DNA of 64,000 bases from Octopus sinensis (lineage: Eukaryota): positions 118,854,001 through 118,918,000 of the forward strand of contig NC_043002.1 in assembly GCF_006345805.1 (NCBI RefSeq). The letters are read 5' to 3'. Shown piece by piece: positions 48,871 to 61,564 of the stretch; position 1 is the stretch's first letter, and the number at the start of each line of letters is the position of its first letter. The notes beneath the pieces were generated by a model. It was not told the DNA's origin, made no database searches, and saw nothing but the letters and a program-made list of their open reading frames with translations. The translations under genes were made by a program, and so were the position numbers.

Positions 48871-51800
48871 TAAACAATATACTATTTCATCTTTGGCTGT
48901 TGCTAAAATGGATAACGTTTTGTCTGGTTTGCTAACAATTAATGTAATAATAATTAAAACAAGGCGGCAAGCTGGCAGAAACGTTAGCATGCCGGGCAAA
49001 ATGCTTAGTGGTATTTCATCAGTCTTTACGTTCTGAGTTCAAATTCCGCCAAGGTCGACTTTGCCTTTCATCCTTTTGGGGTCGATAAATTAAGTAAGAG
49101 TTGCGTACAGGGAATCGATCTAATCGACTGGCCCCCTCCCCCCAAATTTCGGGCCTTGTAGAAAAGAATAATAGTTAAAACTTGTGGGTCAAATTCCATG
49201 TCTAACCAAGTTGCTTCCCTTAAACTCTAGGAAGTGATTGTTCGATGCAGGTAAAATGTCCTTACTATATTATGTCCAGTGAGAGAGCTGCACCAGGTTC
49301 CAATCTGATTAGGAATGGTTTCTACAGTTGGATGCTCTTCCTAATGTCAACCACTCCAAGAGTATAATGGGTGCTTTTTACATGCCACCGGTGCCAGTTA
49401 CACAGCCCTAGCATTGGCCACAACTACGATTTCACTTGGTTCAAGCACAGTTATCGCCAAAGGTCTTGGTCCCTTATGGCTTCCATGAGTCCCAGCGTTT
49501 GGAAGGTGCTTCTTACTTGCTACTGGCATTGGTGCCTGTTATGTGAGGCCAACATCAACCATGACAGAGTTAAGGAGAAAAGGTGAAGAGCATAATACCT
49601 CTTTGCTGGTGACAAAAGGATTCCAAATGAAGGAAAGATCATCTGATACTTGTGCATAAAGTGCAATATTGCATGGTTGCCAAAGGAGGGCATTGATTGC
49701 CCCTGTTCAATTGTATTGTCATGCATGACAGTACACAGTTGAGCTATAAATAGAATCAGCTTTGTAAGAATGTGATGTATATGAAAGATTACTGAGTAAA
49801 GTAGTACCAAACTACCCAATGGGTAGAGTGACAAGGGATTGCAAAAAAGTGGCAAGATAATTGTTGGAAAAGGCCTGTCCATTCCAGGAAAAAAGGATAA
49901 CAATTATGTAACTTATAGGCTACAAGTTAGGCACAGGAGTGGCTGTGTGGTAAGTAGCTTGCTAACCAGCCACATGGTTCCAGGTTCAGTCCCACTGCGT
50001 GGCATGTTGGGCAAGTGCCTTCTGCTATAGCCTCGGGCCTACCAATGCCTTGTGAGTGGATTTGGTAGACGGAAATTGTAAGAAGCCTGTCGTATATATG
50101 TGTATGTGTGTGTGTTTGTCCCCCTAGCATTGCTTGACAACCGATGCTGGTGTGTTTACGTTCCCGTCACTTAGCGGTTCGGCAAAAAAGACTGATAGAA
50201 TAAGTACTGGGCTTACAAAAGAATAAGTCCTGGGGTCAATTTGCTCGACTAAAGGCAGTGCTCCAGCATGGCCGCAGTCAAATGACTGAAACAAGTAAAA
50301 GAGTAAAAAGAGTAATTGAGTTTTCGACCTTTAGAGAAAGAAGATACCCATGGGTGCGGTGCCTGAAACAGAAATAGAACCATAATTTTTTTTGCTTCAA
50401 TGTCAATCCAAATTACTCGTTGAGAGAAAAAGAAAGTGATTAATCCCTCCAATAAGAGCAGGGGAGATAACCACGAAATAAAAAAAAAAAAAAGTTACAT
50501 TTCTCTGGCGACATTATTTCTCAATGAGAATCTCTTACAGTTTGTCACTCGGCTGTCAATGATCAGACTTCCTCCACTTTGCATCCTACTTTTCATTAAT
50601 CGTATATTTAAAATTCCTGGATTAGCCTAAATTAAAGGAGCTGATTTAAAATTTCTTGGGTGTCAACATTTGTTATACTCTTTACTCGTTTCAGTCATTT
50701 GACTGCGGCCATGCTGGAGCACCGTCTTTAGTTGAGCAAATCGACCCCAGGATTTATTCTTTTGTAAACCCAGTACTTATTCTATCGGTCTCTTTTGCCG
50801 AACCGCTAAGTGACGGGGACGTAAACACACCAGCATCGGTTGTCAAGCAATGCTAGGGGGACAAACACAGACACACACATACATATATACGACAGGCTAA
50901 TTTCAGTTTCCGTCTACCAAATCCACTCACAAGGCATTGGTCGGCCCGGGACTATAGCAGAAGACACTTGCCCAAGATGCCACGCAGAGGGACTGAACCC
51001 GGAACCATGTGGCTGGTTAGCAAGCTACTTACCACACAGTCACTCCTGCGCCTATCTCCAACTTTACTATTATTAATAATTTAGTTCTACAAGGACAAAC
51101 TCAGCTGTAGCTTATTATCTGTCAGCGATGAACACTTGATAATTTAGTATCTCTGCAATTAGATGAACTAAAACAATGTAGAATAAAGTATCCTGCTCAG
51201 AAATATAAACCACCTGAGTAATTAATTAGTCTCCCTGCATGGCAATTTGCAGTGAGATGCTCAACAAAGCAATGTCATCATCATTTAGCGTCCGTTCTCC
51301 ATGCTAGTTTGGGTTGGACGGTTCAACTGGGGTCTGTGAAGCCGGAAGGCTGCATCAGACCCAGTCTGATCTGGCAGTGTTTCTACGGCTGGATGCCCTT
51401 CCTAATGCCAACCACTCCGTGAGTGTAGTGGGTGCTTTTTACGTGCCACCTGCACAGGTGCCAGACGGAGCTGGTAAACGGCAACGAATGGATGGTGCTT
51501 TTACGTGCCACCGGCACAGGGGCCAGGCGAGGCTGGCAAACGGCCACGAATGGATGGTGCTTTTACGTGCCACCGGCACAGGGGCCAGGCGAGGCTGGCA
51601 ACGGACGAATAATAAATCTATGATATAAATGTTTACCTGTATTGGCTATTTCAAGGCTGACCTGGGACTGAAAAGGTAATTTCATCATCATCATTTTAAT
51701 GCTTGAACATGTCAGGTGAGAGTAAAGTGGATTGGAGTTTCCTACAGCTGTAGGACCACCTTTCTCAAGCCAAAACCCTTACTCGCTCCCTAGCAAGGTA

Positions 51801-52059
51801 ATAATCTCTCCCATTCTGAGCAAACGTGATGAGAGAGAATGGGAAGCAGACAACACTGAATGACTTTTTGTTTACAAAGATGGTGCAACATATAGGCGCA
51901 GGAGTGGCTGTGTGGTAAGTAGCTTGCTAACCAACCACATGGTTCCGGGTTCAGTCTCACTGCATGGCATCTTGGGCAAGTATCTTCTGCTATAGCCCCG
52001 GGCCGACCAATGCCTTGTGAGTGGATTTGGGTGACGGAAACTGAAAGAAGCCTGTCGTA

Positions 52060-52102
<43 letters not shown>

Positions 52103-54022
52103 TTGTCCCCCTAGCATTGCTTGACAACCGATGCTGGTGTGTTTACGTCCCCGTCACTTAGCGGTTCGGCAAAGGAGACCGATAGAATAAGTACTGGGCT
52201 TACAAAGAATAAGTCCCAGGGTCGATTTGCTCGACTAAAGGTGGTGCTCCAGCATGGCCGCAGTCAAATGACTGAAACAAGTAAAAGAGTATACCTCAAA
52301 ACCCAGACATGCTTTCATGGTTGAGTGGAAGCAAAGGACACCAGCTGTACGAAAGTGAGACTTTTACTTACAATCAGCAAATGTGTAATTAACTCACAGT
52401 AACTACTAAAGGCACAGGCCTGAAATTTTTTTTTTTTTGGTGGGGGGGGGGGGGGTAATCGATTATATTGACCCTGAAAGGATGTAAGGCAAAGTCAACC
52501 TCGGCAGAATGTGAACTCAGAATGTAAAGACAGGTAAAATACCATGAAGCATTTTGCCTGGCATGCTAACAATTCCGCCAGCTCTCTGCCTTTAAGATAA
52601 TAACTAAAGTCTTGAGATTATTTTCCTAAGCCATTTCTAATGAGAATTTTAACCATCGAAATAAATTCATGTTCCGTAATTCATTGTTTTGTTGAGTTTT
52701 CTAGCGTACATTTAAAAAGCTGGAGAGCCCAAATTAATGTAACAAAAATCAATTTAAGGGCATAAACTCGGTCACTTCGAGATAATGAGAAAAAAAAAAT
52801 TCCTTTCTAATACTTCCTGTTTCTCATGGTATGTATTTCTGAAAGTATTCTAGTCCACGAAAAAGCAATGTCAGGGTGAGGATCATAAACTGTTGATGTA
52901 AAAATGCTGGCATTGTATCAATGCAGCCATCTGTGAGTCCCACTAAAATAACTAATTTCAATGAACAGTAATTTCAACACAATACTGAAGACACCACTGC
53001 CGGTGGTGGTGGTTGGCTACATTTCATTAACTATGGTAGACAAGTAATTACATTGCAGTTAAAACTAATACAACAGCTGGTTGAACTGGATTGACCAGCT
53101 TTGTACAACTAGCTGGAACTGGGTGCTAAATATAGCTGATCTAACCTATATTAGGACTGAAAAACAAACAAAAAAACCATTAAAATAAAAGCTTTCAGGT
53201 TTACATGAATTAATGAATGGGAGCAATGGGGAAGCACAACAGTAACTAATGATCTTATGAAAAGGCAGCGAGCTGGTAGAATCGTTAGTAGTATTTCGTC
53301 TGGGTTACGTTCTGAGTTCAAATTCCACCGAGGTTAACTTTGCCTTTAATCCTTTTGGGGTCGATTAAATAAGTACCAGTTACGCACTGGGGTCAATATA
53401 ATTGACTCAATCCGTTTGTCCCCTCTGTGTTTATCCCCTTGTGGGTAGTAAAGAAATAGTAACTAATGATCTTATGAACTGCCTGTTTCTCTCTCGCATC
53501 AAGGTTATAAAAATCTTAAGGAACTGCCCAGCATAGGAAACTCCAGTTTACTCGGTGGGAGAGCGGGTCCTGAATTGACACTTATCATAAAAAAAAGACA
53601 AGTCTCTAAACACAAACTGATTAATTCTCTACATATTTTCAACTTATTGTTACAAACTAGTTTCCTCATTTCAAACAGGTTCATATACTTTTTGTAAAGA
53701 TACCAAGCTGTAGGAATTTGAATCTTACTTCTTTGCCCAAACCCAGAGAAAGTTTGTCTCCAACTTGTCCAGAGTTCAAATACTTTTAGGAAATTATTTA
53801 ATCTCTTAAACCAAACCACCAAAATTTGGCATCGTGCCTAATGTTATATACATATATATTAAAAAATTAAAATGTAGCTATAGTTTCACATCCTTGTAAT
53901 GACAGGGTTGTACAAATTCTAACCTTTCTGAGTTTTTTTTTCTTTTCTTTTCTCATGTCAATATTCTGATCAAAAAGAAATATTTCTTATGTAGTCAAAA
54001 TTCTTTCTATTCTATCATACAG

Positions 54023-54291
54023 GAAAAGCTTTTGGTAACATTGGTGGTTATGTTGCTAGTACTGCACAAGCTATTGATATGATTCGAAGCTACGCATCAG
54101 GTTTCATCTTCACCACATCTTTGCCACCAACAATACTGGCTGGGGCCACTGCAGCTATTCGCATTCTCAGGAATGATGAAGGAAGAATGCTAAGATCGAA
54201 ACACCAATCTAATGTCAAATATCTCAGAGATAGATTATTGGAAATTGGTATCCCAGCCGTACAGTGTCCCAGTCATATTATTCCCATACAT
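54023..54291 (+). CDS. ALAS: ALAS coding exon 8 (PLP-binding lysine)
   Basis: [10 protein letters not shown]...[16 protein letters not shown]...SHIIPIH; catacag acceptor, cat|gtaagc donor (phase 0). Confidence 0.97.
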
Positions 54292-54928
54292 GTAAGCAAA
54301 GTATTTGTTTTTGACTTTTTCTTTTGAAACAAGCTTATTGTATAGATGTAAAAACAAAATTTAGAATCCAGTCAAGCAATAAAATGCTTGGTGTCTAATA
54401 TTTAAAGCAAAACATCTGTAAAAATCCTTTCAATTTTCTAAGATTTACACTTACAAAGGATATAGTGAATGTGGAATGGGGGAAAAAAGACAGGATTAAA
54501 CACTGGTGTTTATGCTTTTCCCAGTATCACAGAATCAGAGAGGAATTTAAGTATTCAATTATGTTTTATATATTAGAAACATTGCCAGATAAGACTGGAG
54601 CCTGGTGCTGCCTTCTGGCTTCCCAGATCCCCGGTCGAACCGTCCAACCCATGCTAGCATGGAGAACGGACGTTAAACGATGATGATGATATTGTCTAGG
54701 AACCCTGATCAATTTATTCAGCTTACTCTGAGCCTGCATCCACGGAAAGACGGTAGGTTAATGTGTAACAAGATTGCAGTACAAGTAGAATATATAACCT
54801 TGAATGCAAAAATAAAAATATCTTGTTTTACTACATTCAAACTAAATATTTCAGAAAACCAATTTTAAAATGAAAGGGGAGAAAAAAACACAGATCCAGC
54901 TAAGCAGTTGCTAAATACCATGGTATAA

Positions 54929-55160
54929 GGCGGCGAGCTGGCAGAAACGTTAGCACGCCGGGCGAAACGCGTAGCCATATTTCGTCTGCCGCTACATTCT
55001 GAGTTCAAATTCCGCCGAGGTCGACTTTGCCTTTCATCCTTTCGGGGTCGATTAAATAAATACCAGTTATGCACTGGGGTCGATATAATCGACTTAATAC
55101 CTATGTCTGTCCTTGTTTGTCCCCTCTGTGTTTAGCCCCTTGTGGGTAGTAAAGAAATAA
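54929..55160 (+). mobile_element. SINE family C (GGCGGCGAGCTGGCAGAA head; Ceph/Nin-like central block)
   Basis: Contains GAGGTCGACTTTGCCTTTCATCCTTTCGGGGTCGAT. Other copies at about 11345-11472(-), 29893-30078(-), 48961-49165(+), 52455-52592(-), 53262-53458(+). Confidence 0.8.
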
Positions 55161-55456
55161 TTTTCATTCTGAATCTTAACCAGATATCACTTATACTTGA
55201 GTTATTACTCAAGATTTTTAAAAGTCTTTTAAATGGGTCGACTATTGCTGAAAGATCATATAAGAGTCTTAGAGATTTAAGTTTCACTCCTACCAAGAAG
55301 CTGGTAACAGTAAAAACACCTATTAATGAAAAGTCTATCCAACACTTTGAGATAAAGTAAAACTAAGTTATTGGTAGATTAATATTCTCTGTAAATCGAA
55401 TTTTAATAATGCACTTTAATAACTCTAATTGGTGGATTTCTTTATTTCATATACAG

Positions 55457-55675
55457 ATAGGAGATCCAAAAATGGCAACCACCATCTGCAATGAACTGAT
55501 GTCCAAACACAACATCTATGTACAAGCAATTAACTATCCTACAGTTCCCCAAGGAGAAGAAAAGCTGCGAGTGGCCCCAACTCCTCATCACAGCAGAGAC
55601 ATGATGGATAATTTTGTTGATTGTTTAATCAATGTTTGGCTCAGTCACGACCTTCCCCTGAATCCCCAGAAGTAG
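55457..55675 (+). CDS. ALAS: ALAS coding exon 9 (apparent last exon, stop TAG 55673-55675)
   Basis: IGDPKM...HNIYVQAINYPTVPQGEEKLRVAPTPHH...VWLSHDLPLNPQK*; atacag acceptor. Confidence 0.92.
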   Translation: MGDPKMATTICNELMSKHNIYVQAINYPTVPQGEEKLRVAPTPHHSRDMMDNFVDCLINVWLSHDLPLNPQK

Positions 55676-55866
55676 TCTGTAACGTCAGATCAGAAATGAT
55701 AATTACATGCTCAACTCAAGGGCACAAAATATCATTTCAACACACAAAACACTTCAGAACTAGATTCAGTTTAGTTCTGAAGAAATTTTGTCAAGGAAAT
55801 ATATAAACCACTATACTAACAGTAAATTTTAAAAAGTCAAATATAAAAGTACTTCATAATCTGCAA

Positions 55867-55872
55867 AATAAA
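55867..55872 (+). terminator. Candidate ALAS polyadenylation signal
   Basis: AATAAA about 190 nt after the stop, followed by a GT/T-rich element (gttttgttttgtttg) at about 55887-55906. Confidence 0.5.
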
Positions 55873-55950
55873 AGCATAAAATATAGTTTTGTTTTGTTTG
55901 TTTTTTCATTCTATATTGAATTCAGTATTTGTATATTGTCATTTGAAAGT

Positions 55951-56336
55951 GGAGGCGCAATGGCCCAGTGGTTAGGGCAGCGGACTTGCGGTCATAGGAT
56001 CGCGGTTTCGATTCCCAGACCGGGCGTTGTGAGTGTTTATTGAGCGAAAACACCTAAAAGCTCCACGAGGCTCTGGCAGGGGATGGTGGTGATCCCTGCT
56101 GTACTCTTTCACCACAACTTTCTCTCACTCTTACTTCCTGTTTCTGTTGTACCTGTATTTCAAGGGGCCGGCCTTGTCACTCTCTGTGTCATGCTGAATA
56201 TCCCCGAGAACTACGTTACGGGTACACGTGTCTGTGGAGTGCTCAGCCACTTACACGTTAATTTCACGAGCAGGCTGTTCCGTTGTTTCGCATCAACTGG
56301 AACCCTCGTCGTCGTAACCGATGGAGTGCTTCCATT
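55951..56336 (+). mobile_element. SINE family R (tRNA-like head GGAGGCGCAATGGCCCAGTGGTTAG)
   Basis: A and B boxes followed by a unique body; near-identical inverted copy at 32825-33210. Confidence 0.85.
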
Positions 56337-57697
56337 GTCATTTGAGAGTAAAAATGTAAGATTCCATTTTTCACAGCTTTGTCTGAATATACTGAAGTCT
56401 GAACAATTTTCAACAGATAACACACATTGCTATATTTAAGAAAATACAGGCTAAAATTTCTCCCTTTTTTGTTCTCTTAAAGAACAAGATTTTCTATGAC
56501 AAATCGCATCCTGTATAATAAAAACCAAAACAAGATCAAAAATTAGTAGAAAGAAGACTTTTAAGTGGCATTCAATTGACTATGTAAGAAATTATTCACT
56601 CATCAAACAGAATAATGAAATTTATATGCACACAAAGCTAACAAATACTATCATTAAAAAAAAGTTGGGTTTTTTTCCCAACTACACTGAAGGTTGTAGA
56701 AGCTTAAATTAAAAACTCAATGTTAAACAAAGTTGGATTCAGTTTTAATATTTCATCAAAGCTGTTTAACAAACAAATGAAAAGTTTCTTACAGAAGCAG
56801 AGGTAACATGAGATGGTTTGATGAAGGATTTAATTTAAAGAATCAGCTTTTGCCAGTTAATAAGCCATCTTCAAACAATAAAACTAACAAAGTTGCATCA
56901 TTTGTTAATTTTTTTTTATATTTTTTTTTTCTTTTTTTTTTTTTGTGAACACCAAAATTCAAATTATATACTGGTTTAATCAGCTGGATGGAACAAAATA
57001 TCTCACCTTGTTTAAATCATCAGAATTGAAAAAAACCTACATTGACTATTACAGTACAGCTTCATGTTTATAAGAACAATTAGCAGTTCACCTCTCTACA
57101 ATTTTTTTTTCAGTCACAAATATTAAAAAGTAGGGCCAAGGGGTTTATTCCTAAATACTTAAATAGAAATACAATTCAGCCAAGAATGAATTATATGAGG
57201 ATGACTAGAGAATATTTGCCTTTATATATATATAAAATTAGAGCAATAGCTACAAGAATGAAACTGGTTTAATAATAGAGTATTAAAATAACTTGTGATA
57301 AGATTTTTTTTTTTTTTTTTTAATAATACTTTTCAATATAGTTTACACAATTTTCCCTCCCCTGTTAATCTATGGAATGAAATAGCTGAGAGTGAAGAGA
57401 GAGAAACCACACTAGCTAGCAGTAATAATTAGATGTTTTTATTTCAAGTAAATCAGCTGTAGAGAATTGGGAGTGGAACTGTCACTCTGCAAACTACAAT
57501 ATCAGCTTAGAAACAGTAAATGGGAGATAATTTCTTTCAAATCCAACAACCAACCAGTTAAATTAACATTGGTTGGTTCTCCAAAATCTGCTTTCAAAAA
57601 TTGTGTAAGGAAACAAACAAATAAGAAAAAGAAAAAAAGGATGGGGGGAACCTGATTTCTTTTTGAAATTATTTTATTATAGATTTTTCTATATAAT

Positions 57698-57701
57698 TTT
57701 A

Positions 57702-57757
<56 letters not shown>

Positions 57758-57808
57758 ATATATATTATATATATATATACATACACACACATATACATAT
57801 ATATATAG
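57698..57808. repeat. (TA)n microsatellite downstream of the UBE2N stop
   Basis: Seen directly. Confidence 0.95.
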
Positions 57809-58297
57809 TTATTTTTATTTTATTTTTTTTTAATATTTTTTTAAAATTGTGTTGCAGCCAGCAGTGGTAATAGTGGAAATTGAAGTGGTCAGCGGACCAC
57901 TTGTGTAGGCCATCTTTGGCAAACAGCCAATTGATAGATGTGTCGTGGGGAGGGGCAGAAGTCCACTGTTTTATGCTGCACTGTCTGGTCCATCTGTCAG
58001 TCGGTAAGGATGAGGGATATGGATGCAGCACATATCACAGGCCCAAGAAAGTGGGAAGAAGGACCTACCGACTAAAACCAAATACTATTTATAGAAAGCA
58101 ACAGCCATTGCTCAAAGTCCTGGACAGATGTGACACCAGGCGGAACTCTTTTTTTTTGCTTGTTTGTTTAGTTTTGTTTTGTTGTGTTTTGTTTGTTTTC
58201 AAATTGGTGATATTATAGTCATCGTTGCTGTCTTGTGTCATTGTCGTCATCATTTTACTGTCTCTTGCTGCCACATCAGCTGATATTTCTTTGCAGC

Positions 58298-58338
58298 TCA
58301 CACAGTATTCTGAGCATAAAGCTGAGTCCATTCACGAG
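58298..58338 (-). CDS. UBE2N: UBE2N last coding exon
   Basis: Minus-strand ttttttcctgcag|CT CGT GAA TGG... gives (A)REWTQLYAQNTV*, in phase with the previous exon and matching the Ubc13 C-terminus. Earlier exons lie beyond 64000. Confidence 0.92.
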
Positions 58339-58491
58339 CTGCAGGAAAAAAATACAATAAAATCCACAATAAATTAAGGAATCTTGACAATAACCGAATA
58401 CTATAAATTCTTTTCGAAAATTTTTTTAACTGGCAATCTACTGAACACTTCAATTTCAGAGCTATTCAAACACACATCTCAAATCTCTTAA

Positions 58492-58712
58492 CCCTTTTGT
58501 TACTGTATTTATTTTGAGATGTTCTGTGTTTCTTTCAATTGCTTTAAATATAACAAAGAATTTAGTAAAATAACTCAGTTATCATTCAGCTAGTGTTAGG
58601 AACATTAATTGTGACTAAGGTTTGGTGGAAGATTTTAATTCAAAACTTATGAAAACAAGACATTTGTACTACAGAGCCAGAGCCGGTTTAAGCCGGGTTG
58701 GTAGCGAAAGGG
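58492..58712. mobile_element. piggyBac-like MITE family 1
   Basis: TTAA|CCCTTTTGTTAC...GTAGCGAAAGGG|TTAA; another copy starts at about 63989. Confidence 0.8.
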
Positions 58713-59153
58713 TTAAATTATTTCCTATATTTTGAAAAGACAATGGAATGTTAGACAACTTTGACATTTTAAAATTAAGTTACAAAGAGCAAATCCAACT
58801 GTCTCTGTAATGACAAAGGACTGCATGAAGATTGGAATGGTATTTAGGATTAAATAAGATTGGATAACTCCAGGATTCCACCAAAATCTTTATACAATAT
58901 ATTTAAAAACATACAGAAAATACAAAGGTGAAATGCAACTGAAACATCAAACATCATAAGATTGTAGTCTCAGTTTAGAATATACTACTCTTCAATAAAA
59001 TAAGAGATTGAATTTATTTCTTAAATATCTATCTTCCACAGTACAAAATTTAGCAGCTTACAATTATTGCAATAATCAACCAGCTCACGTAATTCCACAT
59101 ACAGCCATTCACATGGTCACCTTTGATTATGTTGGCTGCTAAATCGTGATTAA

Positions 59154-59364
59154 CCCTTTAGTGTTTAATCCGGCCCAATATATTATACATGTTTTATATT
59201 CAAACTGGCGATATCTAGCCTCTCACACCTAACCTACAGTGACATTCTAAGAATAAGTAATCACATCATTCAAACCTCAAAGATATAAGATAATGCATGA
59301 TTAATTCAAAACAATTTGAGTGAAAAAGTATTCCATTTAACAGAGTATTCTGAACACTAAAGGG
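59154..59364. mobile_element. piggyBac-like MITE family 2
   Basis: TTAA|CCCTTTAGTGTT...AACACTAAAGGG|TTAA. Confidence 0.78.
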
Positions 59365-59699
59365 TTAAACAACATAAGACATTTAAATTCAAAACTTAAA
59401 ATTTCTTTGTGTGTATCTAACAGAACACACAATTCATTTCAATGCCATCCTTGTTGTTCTTTCTCATCATTGTTCCAAAATATATCTAGACCTTAATCCC
59501 ATTTCTTTCTCTAATTCCATCATGAACACAAGCATTTAAATATGGATACAACACCAACTTGCTGCACACTGATGGTCTAGAACTTTCTTATAATCTGCAC
59601 TAATTTATGAGCAGGAGCTTCAAATTTCCGTTTCGGTCAGATTAGGTTTACTGGGCTGCTGTGTTTTATAGTGCCTTGCATAGTACACTATTAATAAAC

Positions 59700-60135
59700 A
59701 ATGCTGGTGGCATGTATCAAACACCATCCGATCGTGGCCGTGCCAGCCTTGCCTGGCCTCCGTGCCGGTGGCATGTAAAAAACACCATCTGAGCATGGCC
59801 ATTCGCCAGCCTCGTCTGGCACCTGTGTCGGTGGCACATAAAAAACACCATCCGATCGTGGCCGTGCCAGCCTCGTCTGGCACCTGTGTCGGTGGCACGT
59901 AAAAAACACCATCCGAGCGTGGCCGTTCGCCAGCCTCGTCTGGCACCTGTCGGTGGCACATAAAAAGCACCCACTACACTCACGGAGTGGTTGGCGTTAG
60001 GAAGGGCATCCAGCTGTAGAAACACTGCCAGATCAGATTGGAGCCTGGTGCAGCCTTCTGGCTTCCCAGACCCCAGTCGAACAGTCCAACCCATGCTAGC
60101 ATGGAAAGCGGACGTTAAACGATGATGATGATGAT
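59700..60135 (+). mobile_element. SINE-like family M ((GAT)n tail, 5' array of about 60-bp units), plus example
   Basis: Conserved GGTTGGCGTTAGGAAGGGCATCCAGC block (Meta-domain-like, from recall), palindrome CCATGCTAGCATGG before the tail. Other + copies at about 34859-34929, 43029-43220, 47911-48078, 54591-54690, 62090-62400. Confidence 0.88.
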
Positions 60136-61519
60136 ATCTATATTGATGTATAGATACCTGTATTTCATCTAATTATTTAAATAAATTCAATACTTAATTT
60201 AGAGGTGATCGCCCCTATTGTGAAAAAAGTCAGTAATCCTGAAGTGTTCTGGAACCAAAGGTTCCACAAAATTGATATTGTACTTGTATTTTGCTTTCAT
60301 AACAGATAATCTACAAATTGTTCTTGATACGATATGAAACAATACTTCTTTTCTAAATAATAATCTTGAGTGATTATCTGCCTACTAGTAATTTAAGCAG
60401 AATTATTTCAACTCCAGGACTAATGTACATCATTAGCCTCAATTCCCTTACTATCTCAACTAAACTATTGGTTCTCTTTAGCTATATTTTCCTATTTGCT
60501 CTTTCATGAATATCTCTGCGCCCTGTGCAAGTGTCTTCTGCTATAGCCCCTGGCCAACCAATGATTTGTGATAGCATTTGGTAGACAGAATTTGCATGGA
60601 AGCCGATCATGTATGAATACATACAGACACACAAACATGAATTTGTGTCTGTATTTACCACAGACACCACCTGACAATCCATATTGGTTTGTTTACATCC
60701 CCATAAGGTAGTTCAGCAAAAGAAACCAATAGAATAAGTACCAGACTTAAGAATTAGAAACCTAAGTACTAGAGTTGACTTGTTTGACTAAAACTGCTCC
60801 AGATGATGCTCCAGCATGGACACAGTCTAATGAGTGAAACAAGCCAACGATAAAAGATACCTTAATTTCAATACTGATTTTTATATTGGACCTCTTAACC
60901 TTGAACAAAGTTTAAAAAACAAAAAAGATTTTTCAATAAGATAATTATTTTAAATTTCCTACACTAAAAGTGCTTTTGAAATGTTTTAATAACTAAAAAT
61001 TAAAATAATCACTAATTTCACAGAGCGAAGAAGGAAAGGGATATCCAAAAAAAAACTTATTCCAGAGTTCAGATACAAATTAGTGCTGCTCTGGAAGCAT
61101 CTTGCATAATAATACCATTTGGTAGTAGTTATTTTCTCTCTAGAAGCTATCAACAGAATCATAATGAAGCAATGCAACATAAAGTGCCAGTCAATTATAG
61201 GATTCTGTCACTGCTTACAGTAGCAAACTGTCTCTATCACTACTGTTAAGAACTTGTAACAATCTTTGCCACTACTTAAAGAAAAGAAAGCTACTCTTTC
61301 TCCAATATATTGGCTCATTCAGAACTGTATAAACACATTAAATTAAAATATAATAGGAGTGGTTGTGTGGTAAGTAGCTTGTTTACCAACCACATGGTTC
61401 CAGGTTCAATCCCACTGCGTGGCATCTTGGGCAAGTGTCTTCTGCTATAGCCCCGGGCCGACCAATGCCTTGTGAGTGGATTTGGTAGACAGAAACTGAA
61501 AGAAGCCTGTCGTATATAC

Positions 61520-61564
<45 letters not shown>

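Noticed and set aside
55457-55460. Alternative acceptor CAG-ATAG at exon 9
   Set aside because: The second AG is 4 nt downstream and out of frame; the first AG after the tract is normally used and nothing supports the second.
55951-56030. tRNA gene
   Set aside because: tRNA-like SINE head: no proper acceptor stem, anticodon arm differs between the two copies, and it continues into a shared repeat body.
58089-58331. ORF MDSALCSEYCVSCKE... as a Cys-rich protein or ALAS tail
   Set aside because: It is on the minus strand and is an out-of-frame reading of the UBE2N last exon and 3' UTR.
59720-59960. CRISPR-like appearance of regularly spaced repeats
   Set aside because: Whole 60-bp units are repeated with no unique spacers, inside a eukaryotic retroposon; no cas genes.
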